From Octopus sinensis (lineage: Eukaryota), in NCBI RefSeq assembly GCF_006345805.1, contig NC_042999.1:33728001-33792000 (forward strand): 64,000 nucleotides of DNA, written 5' to 3'. The position numbers were made by a program, and so were the translations under genes. Position 1 is the stretch's first letter; each line of letters opens with the position of its first letter. The notes beneath the pieces were generated by a model. That model had not been told where the DNA came from and ran no database searches. It saw nothing but the letters and a program-made list of their open reading frames with translations. Positions 13,361 through 26,648 of the stretch are shown in pieces.

Positions 13361-14142
13361 GTGTATATAAATTAAAAGATGGTAAATCTACAGACATTAC
13401 ATACTTTTAATATATTTTTCATATATTTCATTTTGGGTTTGTCGGCCGGTTTCGCTTTCGCTTATCACGATATTGAAATTATTATAATTTCGTAATTTGG
13501 TCTGAAAATGCACTGTTCGAGAGTTGCATTCTCTCGCGTTCGGTACAAAATGTGTTTATTTATTATGGTAGTTTTGACTTTAAGAGTCCCTCCTAGCGTG
13601 AGGCATTTATGTATAGCAATGCCCTTAATATAAATAAATATATTTAAGAGGAATAATTGATGGATTTTTCCCTTATGAGGTTTTTCACGCTAAGTACTTG
13701 ATAAATTCTTATAAAGATTTTATACAATTTTTTAATCGTAAATTTAACCGGAATATATTCAGTGGTGAATATATTCTGAATAAACACGTGTACCGAGATG
13801 CAATTCAAAAAGCCCGCCTTTTACATAGATATATATGTGTGAACATTTCTATGTAATACGATGGATACATTTGGTGTTCGTCTGGTATGTTGAATTTTTT
13901 GTTCATTTTTTATGTCTTGAATGATGCTTGCACTGACGATGAAAAAGTGCATTTTGTGTACTAATTATGAAATCATTAGATATTGAGCCCAAACAGCAAT
14001 TAAATACGCTATATCTACATATAGACCCCATTATTCCTTTACTCGTATACATATAAAATACTTATAAAATATATATATACTGATATATTGATATATATAT
14101 ACATATAAAATATACGTACTTATTATATATATATATATATAT

Positions 14143-14188
<46 letters not shown>

Positions 14189-15939
14189 CTTATATTTTTA
14201 CACACACACACGCAAATATCTTAATATCGTAATTTGTCAATTTGATTTCATGAAGGAATAGTCTTCGTTTCTACTTTGGATGCATATATATATACGTACA
14301 TACATACAAACATGCTTACACACATGCGTGCATACATATATACATACATACATACATACATACATATATCACTATCATATTGTTCTGACATATTACTATA
14401 GATATACAACTTTTGAATAGCAAAACGTATACTGCGAAAGTTTCGCTGTCTGTTTGTGAACAATATTAATGAAATAGCGCACATAGCTTATACCTGTACT
14501 TATGAAATCGAAGCGTTCTGGCAATTCCTAGTTTCCTCCGTTTTCTTTATTTATTTATAAACTAATGTGGAGTATTGATTTAGTTTGAGGTGTGCTGGAG
14601 AATGATGCATTTTCAGTCACTAACATTCCCTATATTTTAAATGAAACTGCGAGTTTTGGGGGGCTCGTAAGGCATTCCATTTAATCCATTACAAATAATT
14701 CATTTTCATATCATATTTTTCGATTTTTTTAATTTATGTACCCCACGTCCTGTTTTGTAATGTCCCCTCATAATTCGGGTCATCGTGCCTATAATAAAGA
14801 TAACATTCCCTATATAGTAACGAGAGCAAATTTACTGTTGGTGTAACATTCTACGCTTACTTCATTGTTCCAACTCATTAATTAACTTTCTTACCATATT
14901 CTGTAATATATCGTTTTGTTTTGTTCTTTTGGTCATATTTTTTTGTTTTGTATATGATTGAAGTATTTCGCAAAATATAGTTCTAAGTGATTAAACATTT
15001 ATATATATATTAATCATTTCCGTGAATATCGTGCAATATATCATACGAGTGGGTAAAAAAACCGAATCAGGTACGAAGTATATAATGATATTAAGGTAAA
15101 TGCCTTTGACAAATTTTCACAGAATATATTATATAGAAAGCGTGATACAGATAATTCATGATATTGCAACCATACTATAAACAAACACAAATTACCTCTT
15201 AAGGAGAACACTGAATTATGTAAATATGCTTAGCGATCTTCTGAAGCCAATATGGATGAAACTTAAACAATATATATATGGATTTAATTGAACGGTGTAG
15301 ATATGAGAAAAGGCAAAATTTTGTAAGTATTAATAAAATGATGAACACTACGTACTGATTACTGGAGGTCATTATAAGTATGAGAGCATTATTAATAATG
15401 ATTAAGAAAAATACTGTTCGTCTGAATTAATATGAATATTGTCATTATAGATATGAAGCAAGATGTAGTTTGTCATTATGAATAACGATAAATATTATCC
15501 TTAGAATATAAAGGGGACAATTATCTGTATCAATAAGGGAGAACATTATCAGAGAGATTACATTGTAATAGTGGTTAAGGAGGAACATTATTCGCATGAA
15601 TATAACTGAACATTAATCACTTTGCGTCTGTACGTTTGCGAAACACATTCTACAAAGTAACTTTGCGTAAGATCATGCTGACAGAATAAATTATGAAGCA
15701 AAATGAAGTTCAAAGAAAGTGTATTACATTAGAGAGGATACATGTACATCTTTATGCGTTTTATGCGTGATTTTTATTCACTATAGAATAAACATATAAA
15801 CGTGTGTACATGTGTCTGCGTAAGTACGTACACACGCATAAGCGTGTCCGTATACGTGTGCTTGCACAAATGTAAGCACATGTGTTATTGTGTGTATTTT
15901 TGTATATTTTGTAGTTTTGTATATCACACACACACAGAT

Positions 15940-16015
15940 ACGTATATATATATATGTATATATACATACAAGTATACATATATATACACACATACATATA
16001 TATTTATGTATATAG

Positions 16016-16114
<99 letters not shown>

Positions 16115-16135
16115 ATGTATGTATGTATGTAGATG
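15940..16135. repeat. (TA)n/(TATG)n microsatellite
   Basis: Direct reading. Confidence 0.95.
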
Positions 16136-16289
16136 ATTGAGCTTGTATGATTGTACACTCAAATCACAGATCTGCTCGTAAGCATCTGCAATAAAAAATC
16201 AATGATGTGTGTGTTGGGGGTGTGCGTGGTAACTTCAAACAAATGATACTAGTTATGGTAAACGTTATATGTTACACCATTAAAATAAT

Positions 16290-16500
16290 TAGTTTCGTTT
16301 CTGGAAGGCAGCATCTCTTGGAATATCACTGGTTTGATCAAAGACTGGCTAACAAAGAAAAATAAAACTAATGCTACCAGAAGACGTCAATGTTCTGCAA
16401 TGTACCAATGCGGATCTCCCACCACTATTTGTCTGCACCGGGGAATTACATCGGGGAATTTTGCAGTATAACATCCATTTTATCTGCTGTTCTGAAAGAT
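16290..16500 (+). pseudogene. Degraded non-LTR (CR1/L2-like) reverse transcriptase fragment
   Basis: Translation GSISWNITGLIKDWLTKKNK resembles the GISGNILxWIxxFLTNRKQ segment preceding the GVPQGS motif; downstream similarity is weak. Confidence 0.35.
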
Positions 16501-16624
16501 GGAATATTGTATATTTCTTTGCCAACCAAGTGGAATGATGTGAATATGGGAATAAAATATATTTACATGTCAAGTATTTGTATAAAAAAAAAATTGCATC
16601 ATATTTGAAAGCAATGAAACTTAG

Positions 16625-16687
16625 AAATATATATACATGTGTGTGAGTGTGTGTGTGTGTGCACATTAGAAGACGTGTATGCGCGCA

Positions 16688-16740
<53 letters not shown>

Positions 16741-16925
16741 GTATACGTACATACGTATATAAATATATATATACATATATATATATACATATACATATAT
16801 ATATACATAAATGTGTACATATATATATATGTGTGTGTGTGTGTGCGTGTGTGCATATGCGTGTGTGTGCGTGAGGGTGTGCGTGTGCGTGTGTGTGCGT
16901 GAGGGTGTGTAGGTATGAGTGTGCT
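16625..16925. repeat. Compound (TG)/(TA)/(TGCG) microsatellite
   Basis: Direct reading. Confidence 0.95.
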
Positions 16926-17279
16926 CGTAGATAATCAGATTGTTACTTGTATGATATTGTCTCTTTGGAAGCAGAACGGAATTAATGTTACTAAGCAACA
17001 CTGACTAGAATTTTGTGCTAGTGGCGCAAATTTTTGAATTTATAGCAACTTCCGTTTTCTTCTCAGAAAACGATAGCATGAATTTTGCACAATGTCTCAG
17101 ACAAGTTTGTGCTGAGATTCCTTGACTTAGAAAGTCTCAGGAAGAATTGGAACGCACAAAATAATATATAAGGATAAAAGCACAGCGAGAAGATATCACA
17201 GATCGGTACTTTATTTGTCGAGAAAGTTTACGAATCATATGACCGAAAGTGGTTTTAGAATATTCGTTCAACATGTACT

Positions 17280-17430
17280 CTCTCTATATATGTGTGTGTG
17301 TGTTTGTGCGTGCGCGTGTGTGTATTTTGTGTACATATGTGTTTATGGGTGTCTGCGTGCATATATATATATATATATGTATGTATATATACATATGTAT
17401 ACATATATATATATATATATTTATATATAG
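17280..17430. repeat. Compound (TG)/(TA) microsatellite
   Basis: Direct reading. Confidence 0.9.
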
Positions 17431-17894
17431 AGGGCATTATACATACATGCCAGAGAGCATTATACATACATGCCACACGCTAAGAGGGACAATTAGTCAT
17501 TTCTACCAAAAATATTACTAATCCCACCGAATGCAATTTTTCAAAGTAAGACATTTAAAAAATATAGACCTGTATCACAGTGATTACATACTTACGTATT
17601 TATCAGCAGGCCTGAATGTATCATAAATAAACGACCCTGCCCCGCTTAAGCCGATCAGCTAACTGATCAACATCAACGAAGCACATGGGTGAGTTTACAT
17701 ATATTACATCCTGTAAATGGCATACTTTTACGAATTGCATTTCGGGAGAGGAAAAGTTTTTTCGGAATAAAAATTTAGCAATTAAGGAAAACTACTTAAT
17801 AAGGAAAACTTACCAAGAAATTGTCAGGTAGATAGCGTGAAAACCTCATAAGAGAATAAATTTCGAAAATAATTATTTCTTATTGAACATATTA

Positions 17895-18150
<256 letters not shown>

Positions 18151-20194
18151 GTGTATTTCTGGGCGCGTGCGTACTAGGGTGCTCATATATCCCTGGCATT
18201 TGGTAAAATAAAATAGAGGAGAGTTAGTTAATTATGATTTTATGCAACATATTCTCATCTCTGATTCACAGACTTATTGCAGTGGTCCTTAAATTTTCCT
18301 TCAAAGTGACATCTGAATATATATAGCACAAAACAACACCTCACACACACACACACGGAAATATGCTCCAATAATAAACTACCTCAGCACGCAGGTATAA
18401 GATCTCCACCTCGAGAACAAAAACAAAACAATACAAACAAATCGACCACATGACGGTTTGCCCAGAAGACAAATCTAAGGGAGACAAATATTCAAAAGGT
18501 GACACGCATGAGTATTCTCAATTATGTAATTTTTATATTCGCGAAAACTCTCGGAAATATCCGTAAATTAAACCAGCATCCGCGAGAATATCCGCGAATT
18601 AAACGAGGTTGTGTTTTCCAAAATATTTGTTAACATATTTTTTCATGTGATCGGTTTCAAAAATTAAGACACTTGGATATTTTCCTATGTTTCATAACAT
18701 GAAACCAATGGTAGCCTTAATTCACAAATAAACGAACTATATCCACCAATTCAATGTTGAGCACACATTGTCAACATGTACATATTTATATATACGTATA
18801 TTTATGTTGACTGGCAATACAGAAACTACGTTCTTAAATATTTGTATTCCTTTACTTACTATTTATTCAAATTTGCCTACAACAAATCGTCCCCACTAAG
18901 TATTCGAGTGGACGAGTTCAGGTTATGAACTCCTGTATTAAATTTCGCTATTAAAGGATTTCACGTATTTCTCTGATATTGTTTTCATGGTCAGGCGTTT
19001 GGAACTGACTTGATGCAAAAAAAGAACAGAAAAAAAGATCGCCAGTTATTTCAATACCAAGTTCCTTCTCTGTTTCTGATAACGGATACCTCCATCAGTA
19101 TTTTAAGATCCATTTTCTTAGACAGTATATCAGTACAATGAACAACACTATCTGTTATATTGGACAGTCATATATTTTCCTCCAGGCTTCCAAATAAAAC
19201 GCACGAGGCCAAAAGGGAGATAAGGTTTTCCTTATATCTTTCTAGTTAGACGTTGCAATTAAACTCCTTAGTTTTCACCTGAATTATATCGATTAAATTT
19301 CATGTAACTGAACGAACCATGATGTTAAATGATATTTTCATAGTAGTTTTACTGATTGAACTCTGTCGTTGCAGGCAGAACGCTAAATTATAAACTGTGA
19401 CTATGTACGATTTCCAGTATGTCGCGTATTAATTAATATGTTGCTATGGAAACAGAATACCTGACATTAATATCAAGTGCAACCAAATTATGTTTTTGTG
19501 TGTGATTAGAAAGTGTAGATTTGTAAGAAATCGAAAGTCTGCAAGCAATATTTCTATTAATGTCTAAATTGGTTTATCCTTAAACTAAATATTTAACGCT
19601 GCATGCACGGTACAAGCGAGAGATTTTTCATGATGACTCACCCTGCGCTGGATCTTCGCTTTGCTAGAAACCTAACCCGTTGAAATGTTACTTAACAAAG
19701 GATGAGTTTTAGGTATTCTTGCATGCCATGCCATTAGGTTCATTTGGAGAGAATAGTCTCATTCAATTGATGAGAGAACCAAGCATTGCCCATTGTCATG
19801 TAAAAAAATGCAGATGGTTTTCAACACTCCATTTGGATATCAAGGTAATATCCACGATCATCCCAGTCATATATCGAAGATTGATTTTGCTGTAAATTTC
19901 TGCTTGTACCAGTTGTTCCTAAATTTTTCGGGTAGCCGAAACCTTAGTATCCAGGCTACATTCCTAGTGCCCCTCTCTCACTACCGCAACAAAAATAGAC
20001 CATTTATGAAACATATTCAAAACAACTGTATTTCATAAATAAAACTTCATAAATAATATTTAACCTCATTAATCCACCATTTTGTTGGTTCTTCATCCAT
20101 CGGCCCGCCCCATTTTCGCCACTTATTATCACCCCACTTTTCTTCAACGAACCCGTGGATTTTCCACCGCCCACAAGAAAGCAGTACTGCACAC

Positions 20195-20208
20195 GTTGGG
20201 AACCACAG
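20195..20208. mobile_element. Possible solo hAT (Charlie-like) terminus
   Basis: gttgggaaccacag resembles the hAT end GTTGGGAACCACTG and is followed by gtttacag; no partner TIR found. Confidence 0.25.
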
Positions 20209-20505
20209 GTTTACAGACAGGTATCCTTAGAGCAGCTCTCCAGACACAAAGTGTATCTTCCTCCAGGCTTTCGCAGATTTCTTGCCTGTTTTTAAAATAT
20301 AAAGCATGAGGTGTCGATGAGATACGTTTTGGATCCTCGTTTTCAGAGTGAACGAAAATACACAAAATATAACCTGTCTCGTCGAATGTTCGCACCGAAC
20401 TACGTTGAAATATCAGTGTCTAGTATCTAACAAGAGCACATGCACAAGATACAGATTGAAGTTAGCTACTTATTAGAGGGCTTAATGTTTAGTGTCGAGA
20501 AACAC

Positions 20506-20530
20506 GAAAAGGACTTTTGAGCCAACCCAA
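20506..20530. mobile_element. Solo mariner-like TIR remnant
   Basis: Reverse complement TA|TTGGGTTGGCTCAAAAGTCC is similar to the TIR of the 22576 element and is flanked by TA (20531-20532). Confidence 0.45.
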
Positions 20531-20607
20531 TAAATTCATACATGCAAGTTTGCTTACATAGAAACATACATATATACATATATACTACATACGATCGTAT
20601 ATACCTG

Positions 20608-20645
20608 CATACATACATACATACATACATACATACATACATACA

Positions 20646-20675
<30 letters not shown>
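20608..20675. repeat. (CATA)n microsatellite
   Basis: Direct reading; abuts the LINE fragment. Confidence 0.95.
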
Positions 20676-20676
<1 letters not shown>

Positions 20677-21261
20677 CGATGCAGACTGTGGAGATAACAC
20701 CGAAGATATCACCCACATCATAAACAGTTGTCCGAAAATGTCATTACAGTATCAGCTACCAGTGAGATATGATGTTGTACCTAGGAGACTCTATAATGAA
20801 ATCTGTCGGCAGGATAACTCCGACGACAAAGAAATAGGAACCCACAGTATGATAGGAGCTACAGCCACTCATAATAAAAAAAGGAGTACGTGTAGTATGT
20901 CCCAGTGAAGACAAGCACAGCAGAGCTGATATAATGATTTGGGATAGAGAAGCGAAACTGTGTACAGTAGTGAAAATTAGTTACCCAGCGTATGTTAACG
21001 TAAAGTAGAAGATCAGTGAAGAAGAGAATATCTGCGCTGGAGTATTGAGAAATTTGCAGTTACTCTATACAAATTACAAGATCAGGTTTATATCTGTATT
21101 CCTTGGGGTTCATTGGTATCTAACACACTGCTTAAATAGCAATCTGGAAAAATTAGGTTTCTCAAAACCAGAAAGGAGAAAATCTAATTCGAAAACTACA
21201 CATCCAAACCATTACTGGAACTGTAAAAATTTGTAAAACTTTCCAGAAGTTTATCATTTAA
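20677..21261 (+). mobile_element. 3' coding fragment of an RLE-type non-LTR retrotransposon (R4/Dong/Hero-like), pseudogenised
   Basis: Frameshift-corrected translation CRLCGDNTEDITHIINSCPKMS..YQLPVRYDVV (CCHC knuckle plus RHD-like motif) and RADIMIWDREAKLCTVVKISYP (PD-..-(D/E)xS/K restriction-like endonuclease), ending ..TITGTVKICKTFQKFII* at 21259-21261. Confidence 0.85.
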
Positions 21262-21389
21262 ATATATATGAGTGTGTTTAGATATGCAACTATATACATT
21301 AGAATATATACATAAAACAAAACACACCAAACTGTAAATATACATACATACGTACTCTCATACATACACTAGTCGCCATGATAGATCGT

Positions 21390-21570
21390 TAGACACTACA
21401 CACATTTTTTCTCTCCTTGCTTCTCTTCTTGTTTTTTCTGCGTCCCTTTCTGTAGAAGAGCGTAGGTTCGAAACGTAAAATACTTTTTCTATTCCTGAGC
21501 GATATACTAACACATCTGTTTGTTTTGTACACCACCTGTCTTTGTGTTTTGTTTTATTCGTAGACTCTCC
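21390..21570 (+). mobile_element. Short Penelope-like terminal-repeat fragment
   Basis: Contains ctgtagaagagcgtaggttcgaaacg; its downstream part (cctgagcg..ctaacacatc..acacc..acctgtctt) resembles 12840-12920; ends in (TA)n. Confidence 0.45.
21446..21481 (+). ncRNA. Degenerate minimal type I hammerhead-ribozyme-like motif
   Basis: ttt-CTGTAGA-A-gagc(gtag)gttc-GAA-ACGT-A-aaa; one core mismatch against CUGANGA. Confidence 0.35.
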
Positions 21571-21571
21571 C

Positions 21572-21603
<32 letters not shown>

Positions 21604-21649
21604 TATATGTGTGTGTGTGTGGTGTGTGTGTGTGTGTGTGTGACCTCGT

Positions 21650-21832
21650 GAGCACCACCAGCAATGTTTTCCTCTGTCTTCCCTTCTCGGGATCTTTCCT
21701 TCTCCTTTGTTTCCGACGAAGAGCTCCGCTCGAAACGTTAAACCCTCCTTCCCTTCTTTCCAATAATACTTAATTTGTTCCACGTCCTCGCGTTGCTGTG
21801 TTTTTTTTGTGTTTTTTTTGTTTGGATTAACT
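21650..21832 (+). mobile_element. Short Penelope-like terminal-repeat fragment, family shared with 51595-51742
   Basis: About 135-bp alignment to 51595-51742; both end in tttggattaact followed by (TA)n. Confidence 0.6.
21709..21743 (+). ncRNA. Minimal type I hammerhead-ribozyme-like motif
   Basis: gttt-CCGACGA-A-gagc(tcc)gctc-GAA-ACGT-T-aaac: stem I gttt/aaac, stem II gagc/gctc, palindromic ACGT in place of stem III; U4C core variant. Confidence 0.5.
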
Positions 21833-21834
21833 AT

Positions 21835-21891
<57 letters not shown>

Positions 21892-22513
21892 AACAAGCAA
21901 ATGTACCCTGTCGTTGATGTTTAAATTCCAATAAAGAAGTCTTGGATCTGGGTTAGAAAACATCTCTTTCTCTATCGGCAGGAAATCTTGAAACGAACTG
22001 AACAATGACATGCATACATACATAGAAACATATAAACGTGCGTACATACGTATGTACATACATGCATCCGTCCATGTATATGGAGTATATATACGAGAAT
22101 TGTGGGAGCGTCAGTGTTTGCAAGCGTGATGTATTTTTCTCTCAAACTCACTTAATACAAAATATTCTATCCAGAACACAGTTTAATTGTCACAAAAGTA
22201 GGTGTCATCATTACATTGTCTTGGAAACTGATAAGTGTTATATAGAAATATCAGCAACAAGAATTAGTTAAGAAAATAAATGCCGTTCGTTTCTCTAATT
22301 AAAATATTAGTCCTCATATCAGAAATATACATATCACCACAAACTACATTGTAATTTTCTTCGGAACCAATAAGAGAACCGTTTCTTTTATTCTTTGCCA
22401 ATTGAAGTTTAATTATTCTAATAACATTTATCCAACATGCGGACATACACACGCATACATATATATCTATATACTATATATATATATATATATATACGCG
22501 CGCGCACACAAAG

Positions 22514-22566
<53 letters not shown>

Positions 22567-22575
22567 GGCAATATA

Positions 22576-23859
22576 TTGGGTTGACCGGAAAGTTCGTGCC
22601 GATATTTGAAGGAAAGAAAAAGGTCAATAAATACTTGCTATTACACGTTTAATCAACTAAATATGAATCATTTTGTTGCATCATGCGTCTCCATCTTTCC
22701 TTTAACTTGAAAACACCCTCTTCCCAGAATTGAGGTGCTTTCATGGCAAATAACTCATCAAGGTATCTTTTTACGTCATCCAAGAAATTGAAATTCTTAC
22801 CATTAAGACTATTATGCAGAAACCTGAATACGTAGAAATCCGAAGGAGCAATACCTGGTGAATATGTAGGGTGCGGTAATACATTCCACCCGAGCTGCAA
22901 CAATTTTTGTCTGGTTCCCAAAGAAACGTGCAGTCTTGCATTATCATTTTGGAAAACAACACCCTTCCTGGTGTTGTTTTCTGTAGGTTTCTCTTGAATT
23001 GCTGCTTTTAATTCCTCCAGTTGTGTGCAGTCTTTCTCAGAATTAATTGTCTGTATACTTGGGAGGAGCTCATAGAACAGAATTCCTTTCCAATCCCACC
23101 AGTCTCAAAGCAAGACATTGTTAGGGTGAAGACCCGATTTTGTTGTGGATAAGGGTGGCTGGTGTTTCTTACTCCACAATCGCTTTCTCTGAACATTTCG
23201 GTAGATAATCCATTTCCCATCACCTGTCATAATTTGCTTTAAAAAAGGTGCGTTTTCATTACGTTTATGAAGCGAAGCACAAATGGAAATGCGATCCAAA
23301 ATGTTCCTCTCACTCAACTCATGTGGTACCTAAACATCGTAGCGATTTGTGTATCCAGGCTTTACCAGGTGCTCATGAACAATGGATTTAGATAGGCTGC
23401 AGCTTTCTGCCAAATTTCGGCTTGTTCAATGTGGGCTATTCTCAATTAATGACTTGATTTGGTCATCATCTGTAGTGGATGATCTGCTTGATTGGTCTTT
23501 ATTAATAAGGCTACAATCTCCTGTTCGGAACCTTGCGAACCACTTCCGTACAGTTCTTTCGGATAAAGAAACATCACCGTAAACTGCGCATATTTCTTTG
23601 GTTGCTTGAGAGGCATTTTTCCCTTTTCGGAAAAAGAAAAGCATCAATTGACGGAAATGAATTTTCTTATCTTCCATTTTAATGGGTTTCCGAATTAACA
23701 CAGGTTATAGGAACATAAACCTTCTTCCACGAAAAGATAGCTTAAATTGTGCTCTAAATGGAGGTGTAGTCAAATCCTATTTTATGGATTCAACCATGTT
23801 CTAAAATAAGTCGAAATTTAAGCTACTATAAATCGGCACGAACTTTCCGGCCAACCCAA
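22576..23859 (-). mobile_element. Full-length (1284 bp) inactive mariner DNA transposon, mellifera-subfamily-like
   Basis: 28-bp TIRs TTGGGTTG(A/G)CCGGAAAGTTCGTGCCGAT with 1 mismatch; TA target duplications at 22574-22575 and 23860-23861; internal transposase relic. Confidence 0.95.
22649..23677 (-). pseudogene. Mariner DD34D transposase pseudogene (~340 codons, stops and frameshifts)
   Basis: MEDKKIHFRQLMLFFFRKGKNASQATKEICAVYGD..., (W)VPHELSE, TGDGKW, FQNDNARLH, HPTYSPGIAPSD; split across ORFs 23426-23701, 23105-23317 and 22649-22921. Confidence 0.93.
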
Positions 23860-23880
23860 TACATACATATTTATATATGC

Positions 23881-24075
<195 letters not shown>

Positions 24076-26262
24076 GTATATATATATGTATATATTTATC
24101 TCCCTATCTAATTAATATACATACATACATATATGTGTATGGCCTTCTGATGGACATTCTTACTTTAAATAGCAAAGTATTTTTATGAGACCCGCCAGAC
24201 AGGACACAATTAATGACACAGCTCCATATAATATACGCTATTGAGAATCTAATCCGGAAATATATTGGTAGTTAAATTTTCATTCATACTAATATATTCT
24301 GTTTGCATCTGCAGCTTCTATTCCTACACTTGTTTGGATTAATAACAGTTTATACACAGACACACATACACAGACACACAGACACACACACACAGTCACA
24401 CACACACACACACACAGGTATGTTTGTATGCCTGTATACTTCTATATATGGGCGTGGGTGGAAAAGTGCATATCAGCTGAAACCCATGAATCTATGTATA
24501 TTATAGAGGGTGTTATTTGCGTTGTATATTTATCATTTGTGAAAACTCTACGCTTCCTCCAACGTGTCCAAATATTTTAAATTTTATAACCGCGGGAAAT
24601 TGGATCTACTATGATATATTAATTAGTTGACTAGAAGAACGAGTAACGATAATAGTTCACTTCATAATACCATTACATCAATTCATTAATTTTACTGTTA
24701 TATGATACACACTCAGAATACAAAGAAAATAAATGTATCTTCGTTCGTTTCTGCGATGAGTATTCATTTCTTCAATTAACTATGTATTGATTTAGCCTGT
24801 AAATTACTGAAGATGTCACAGATACACGTGCAGTTAACACAATTCTCAGACATAACACGGTGTGCGGCACGATTATAACCTTTAAATTCTAGGTGGGATA
24901 CTCTCGATAATGTTCCACATAGATTCTACTTTGATAACTTTACTAGCAAGGTATAAGTGAACTTAAATCAATTTTAAATGTAGCTTTTCCACTAAGCTAT
25001 GATAGGGGTTCAAATCCGGGACGTCGTGATTGCGAAATGTGCTCATTAGATATTCGCCCATCATACATGCGATACCAGTGTGTTTATATTCACTTTACAT
25101 CAGTTCGTATTTTACTATTCGTATTTTATTCTGGAGTTTATTGATGTATTTTATTAATTCGGTGAACAGAGTACAGATAAGTGTTTCAGAAATGAAGAAA
25201 ACGAAAAGGAAACTTAGATAGAAATATTAGATATTAGATACAAATTCCATCTTGGAGAAATTGTCCTACATCCAGAGTAGGCAACATTAGTTCCAAAACA
25301 AAGGATAATCCACTAAGAACTACGATATCTAATCGTAATATTACATTGCTGAAACGTAATATTGATTGTTTTGATATATTAATCTTAAAATAAATATTAA
25401 AATCTATGTCCAGGTATATAAGTGAGAACATTGCATAAACGATTTATGTATATCGTTTTATGTATGTTATTTTATTGTTTAAAATGCATCTATTTCCTTG
25501 ACAAATGTAAAATATCAATTAAAAAATAAGTACATATTTCAAAGCTACTCGCTTTAAAGAATCAAGCTTCACTGAGGGACACTAGTACTGTCATTTACAA
25601 TACCTGAAAGTGTCTGTTTCATGCCCACAGGAAAATGAATCAGAATAGATATAGTGCACCTCTATATAACAGATTGTTTCACACATATTTCGTGCAATTT
25701 TCATAACTTATGATAAGATATGATAAATAAATTATAGGTTATATACTATTTTATAAAAGCACATTTCTCATTGTTCATTTTCTCTTAAATTTATTTATTT
25801 ATCTAGAAGAATCATTAGTTTTGCCAACATATATTTGATTTTGTTTTCAAGAGATGTGAATAAAAGTTATACATAATTCAGATTTTGTTTGTTGCAAGTA
25901 GATGCATCTAAAAGAATCCAATAATTTCGATATGTAACTTTCAATGCTATACGTATTTTAATTGGCATTGAAAATGACAAATTGCTGGTACCATCTCAAA
26001 CATAAAGTATGTGCTCCATTTGCTTCATAGTAAGAAAAAGATCACTGAATTTTAATATGAAAATTAATAGAATAGTCATGTTTAACCCAACTGGTATCAT
26101 CAGTAGAGTAAATCAAGGTTGAATATACCGTTGTATATCACCTTCAAAGTTTAATCTTCCTTACACTTTTTCGTTGATAACAGTTTCTTTTATAATTTTG
26201 TGTTTGTGCTTCCTAACGTGTTATATATTGAAGACAAGAACTCTTTAGCTATAATTTCCATA

Positions 26263-26648
26263 GGTGCAGGAGTGGTTGTTGGTAAGAAATCTGCATCCAA
26301 GCCACATGGTTCTGGCTCCAGTCCTTCTGCATGACACCATTAATAAGTTACTTCTAACATAACCTCAGTTCGACCAAAACCTTGTGAGTGAATTCCATAA
26401 ACGGAAACTGAAAGAAACTCATTGTGTGTGCGTGTGTGCGTGCGTCTCTATGTGTCTGTATTTGCCCCCACGTCACGCTTAACAACTGGTGCTGTTTACT
26501 TCCCCGTATTAGCTATTTGACAAAAGATACCGAAAGAATAAGTACCAGGTATTATAAAAAAAAAGGATTTTGTTGATTCCTTTGACTAAAATTCCTTAAG
26601 GCGGTATTCCAGCATAGCCGCAATCTAATGACTGAAAACAAATAAAAC
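26263..26648 (+). mobile_element. tRNA-derived SINE family C, diverged full-length copy
   Basis: Head ggtgcaggagtggttg..ggtaagaa..ccacatggttctgg; central cgaccaaaaccttgtgagtg..acggaaactgaaagaa; tail aaggcggt..ccagcat..aatgactgaaa as in 38434-38638. Confidence 0.7.

Noticed and set aside
25870-26150. Minus-strand peptides (YSTDDTSW, VIFNAN) reminiscent of a discoidin/F5/8 domain
   Set aside because: Requires several frameshifts and stops, and the motif matches are only a few residues.
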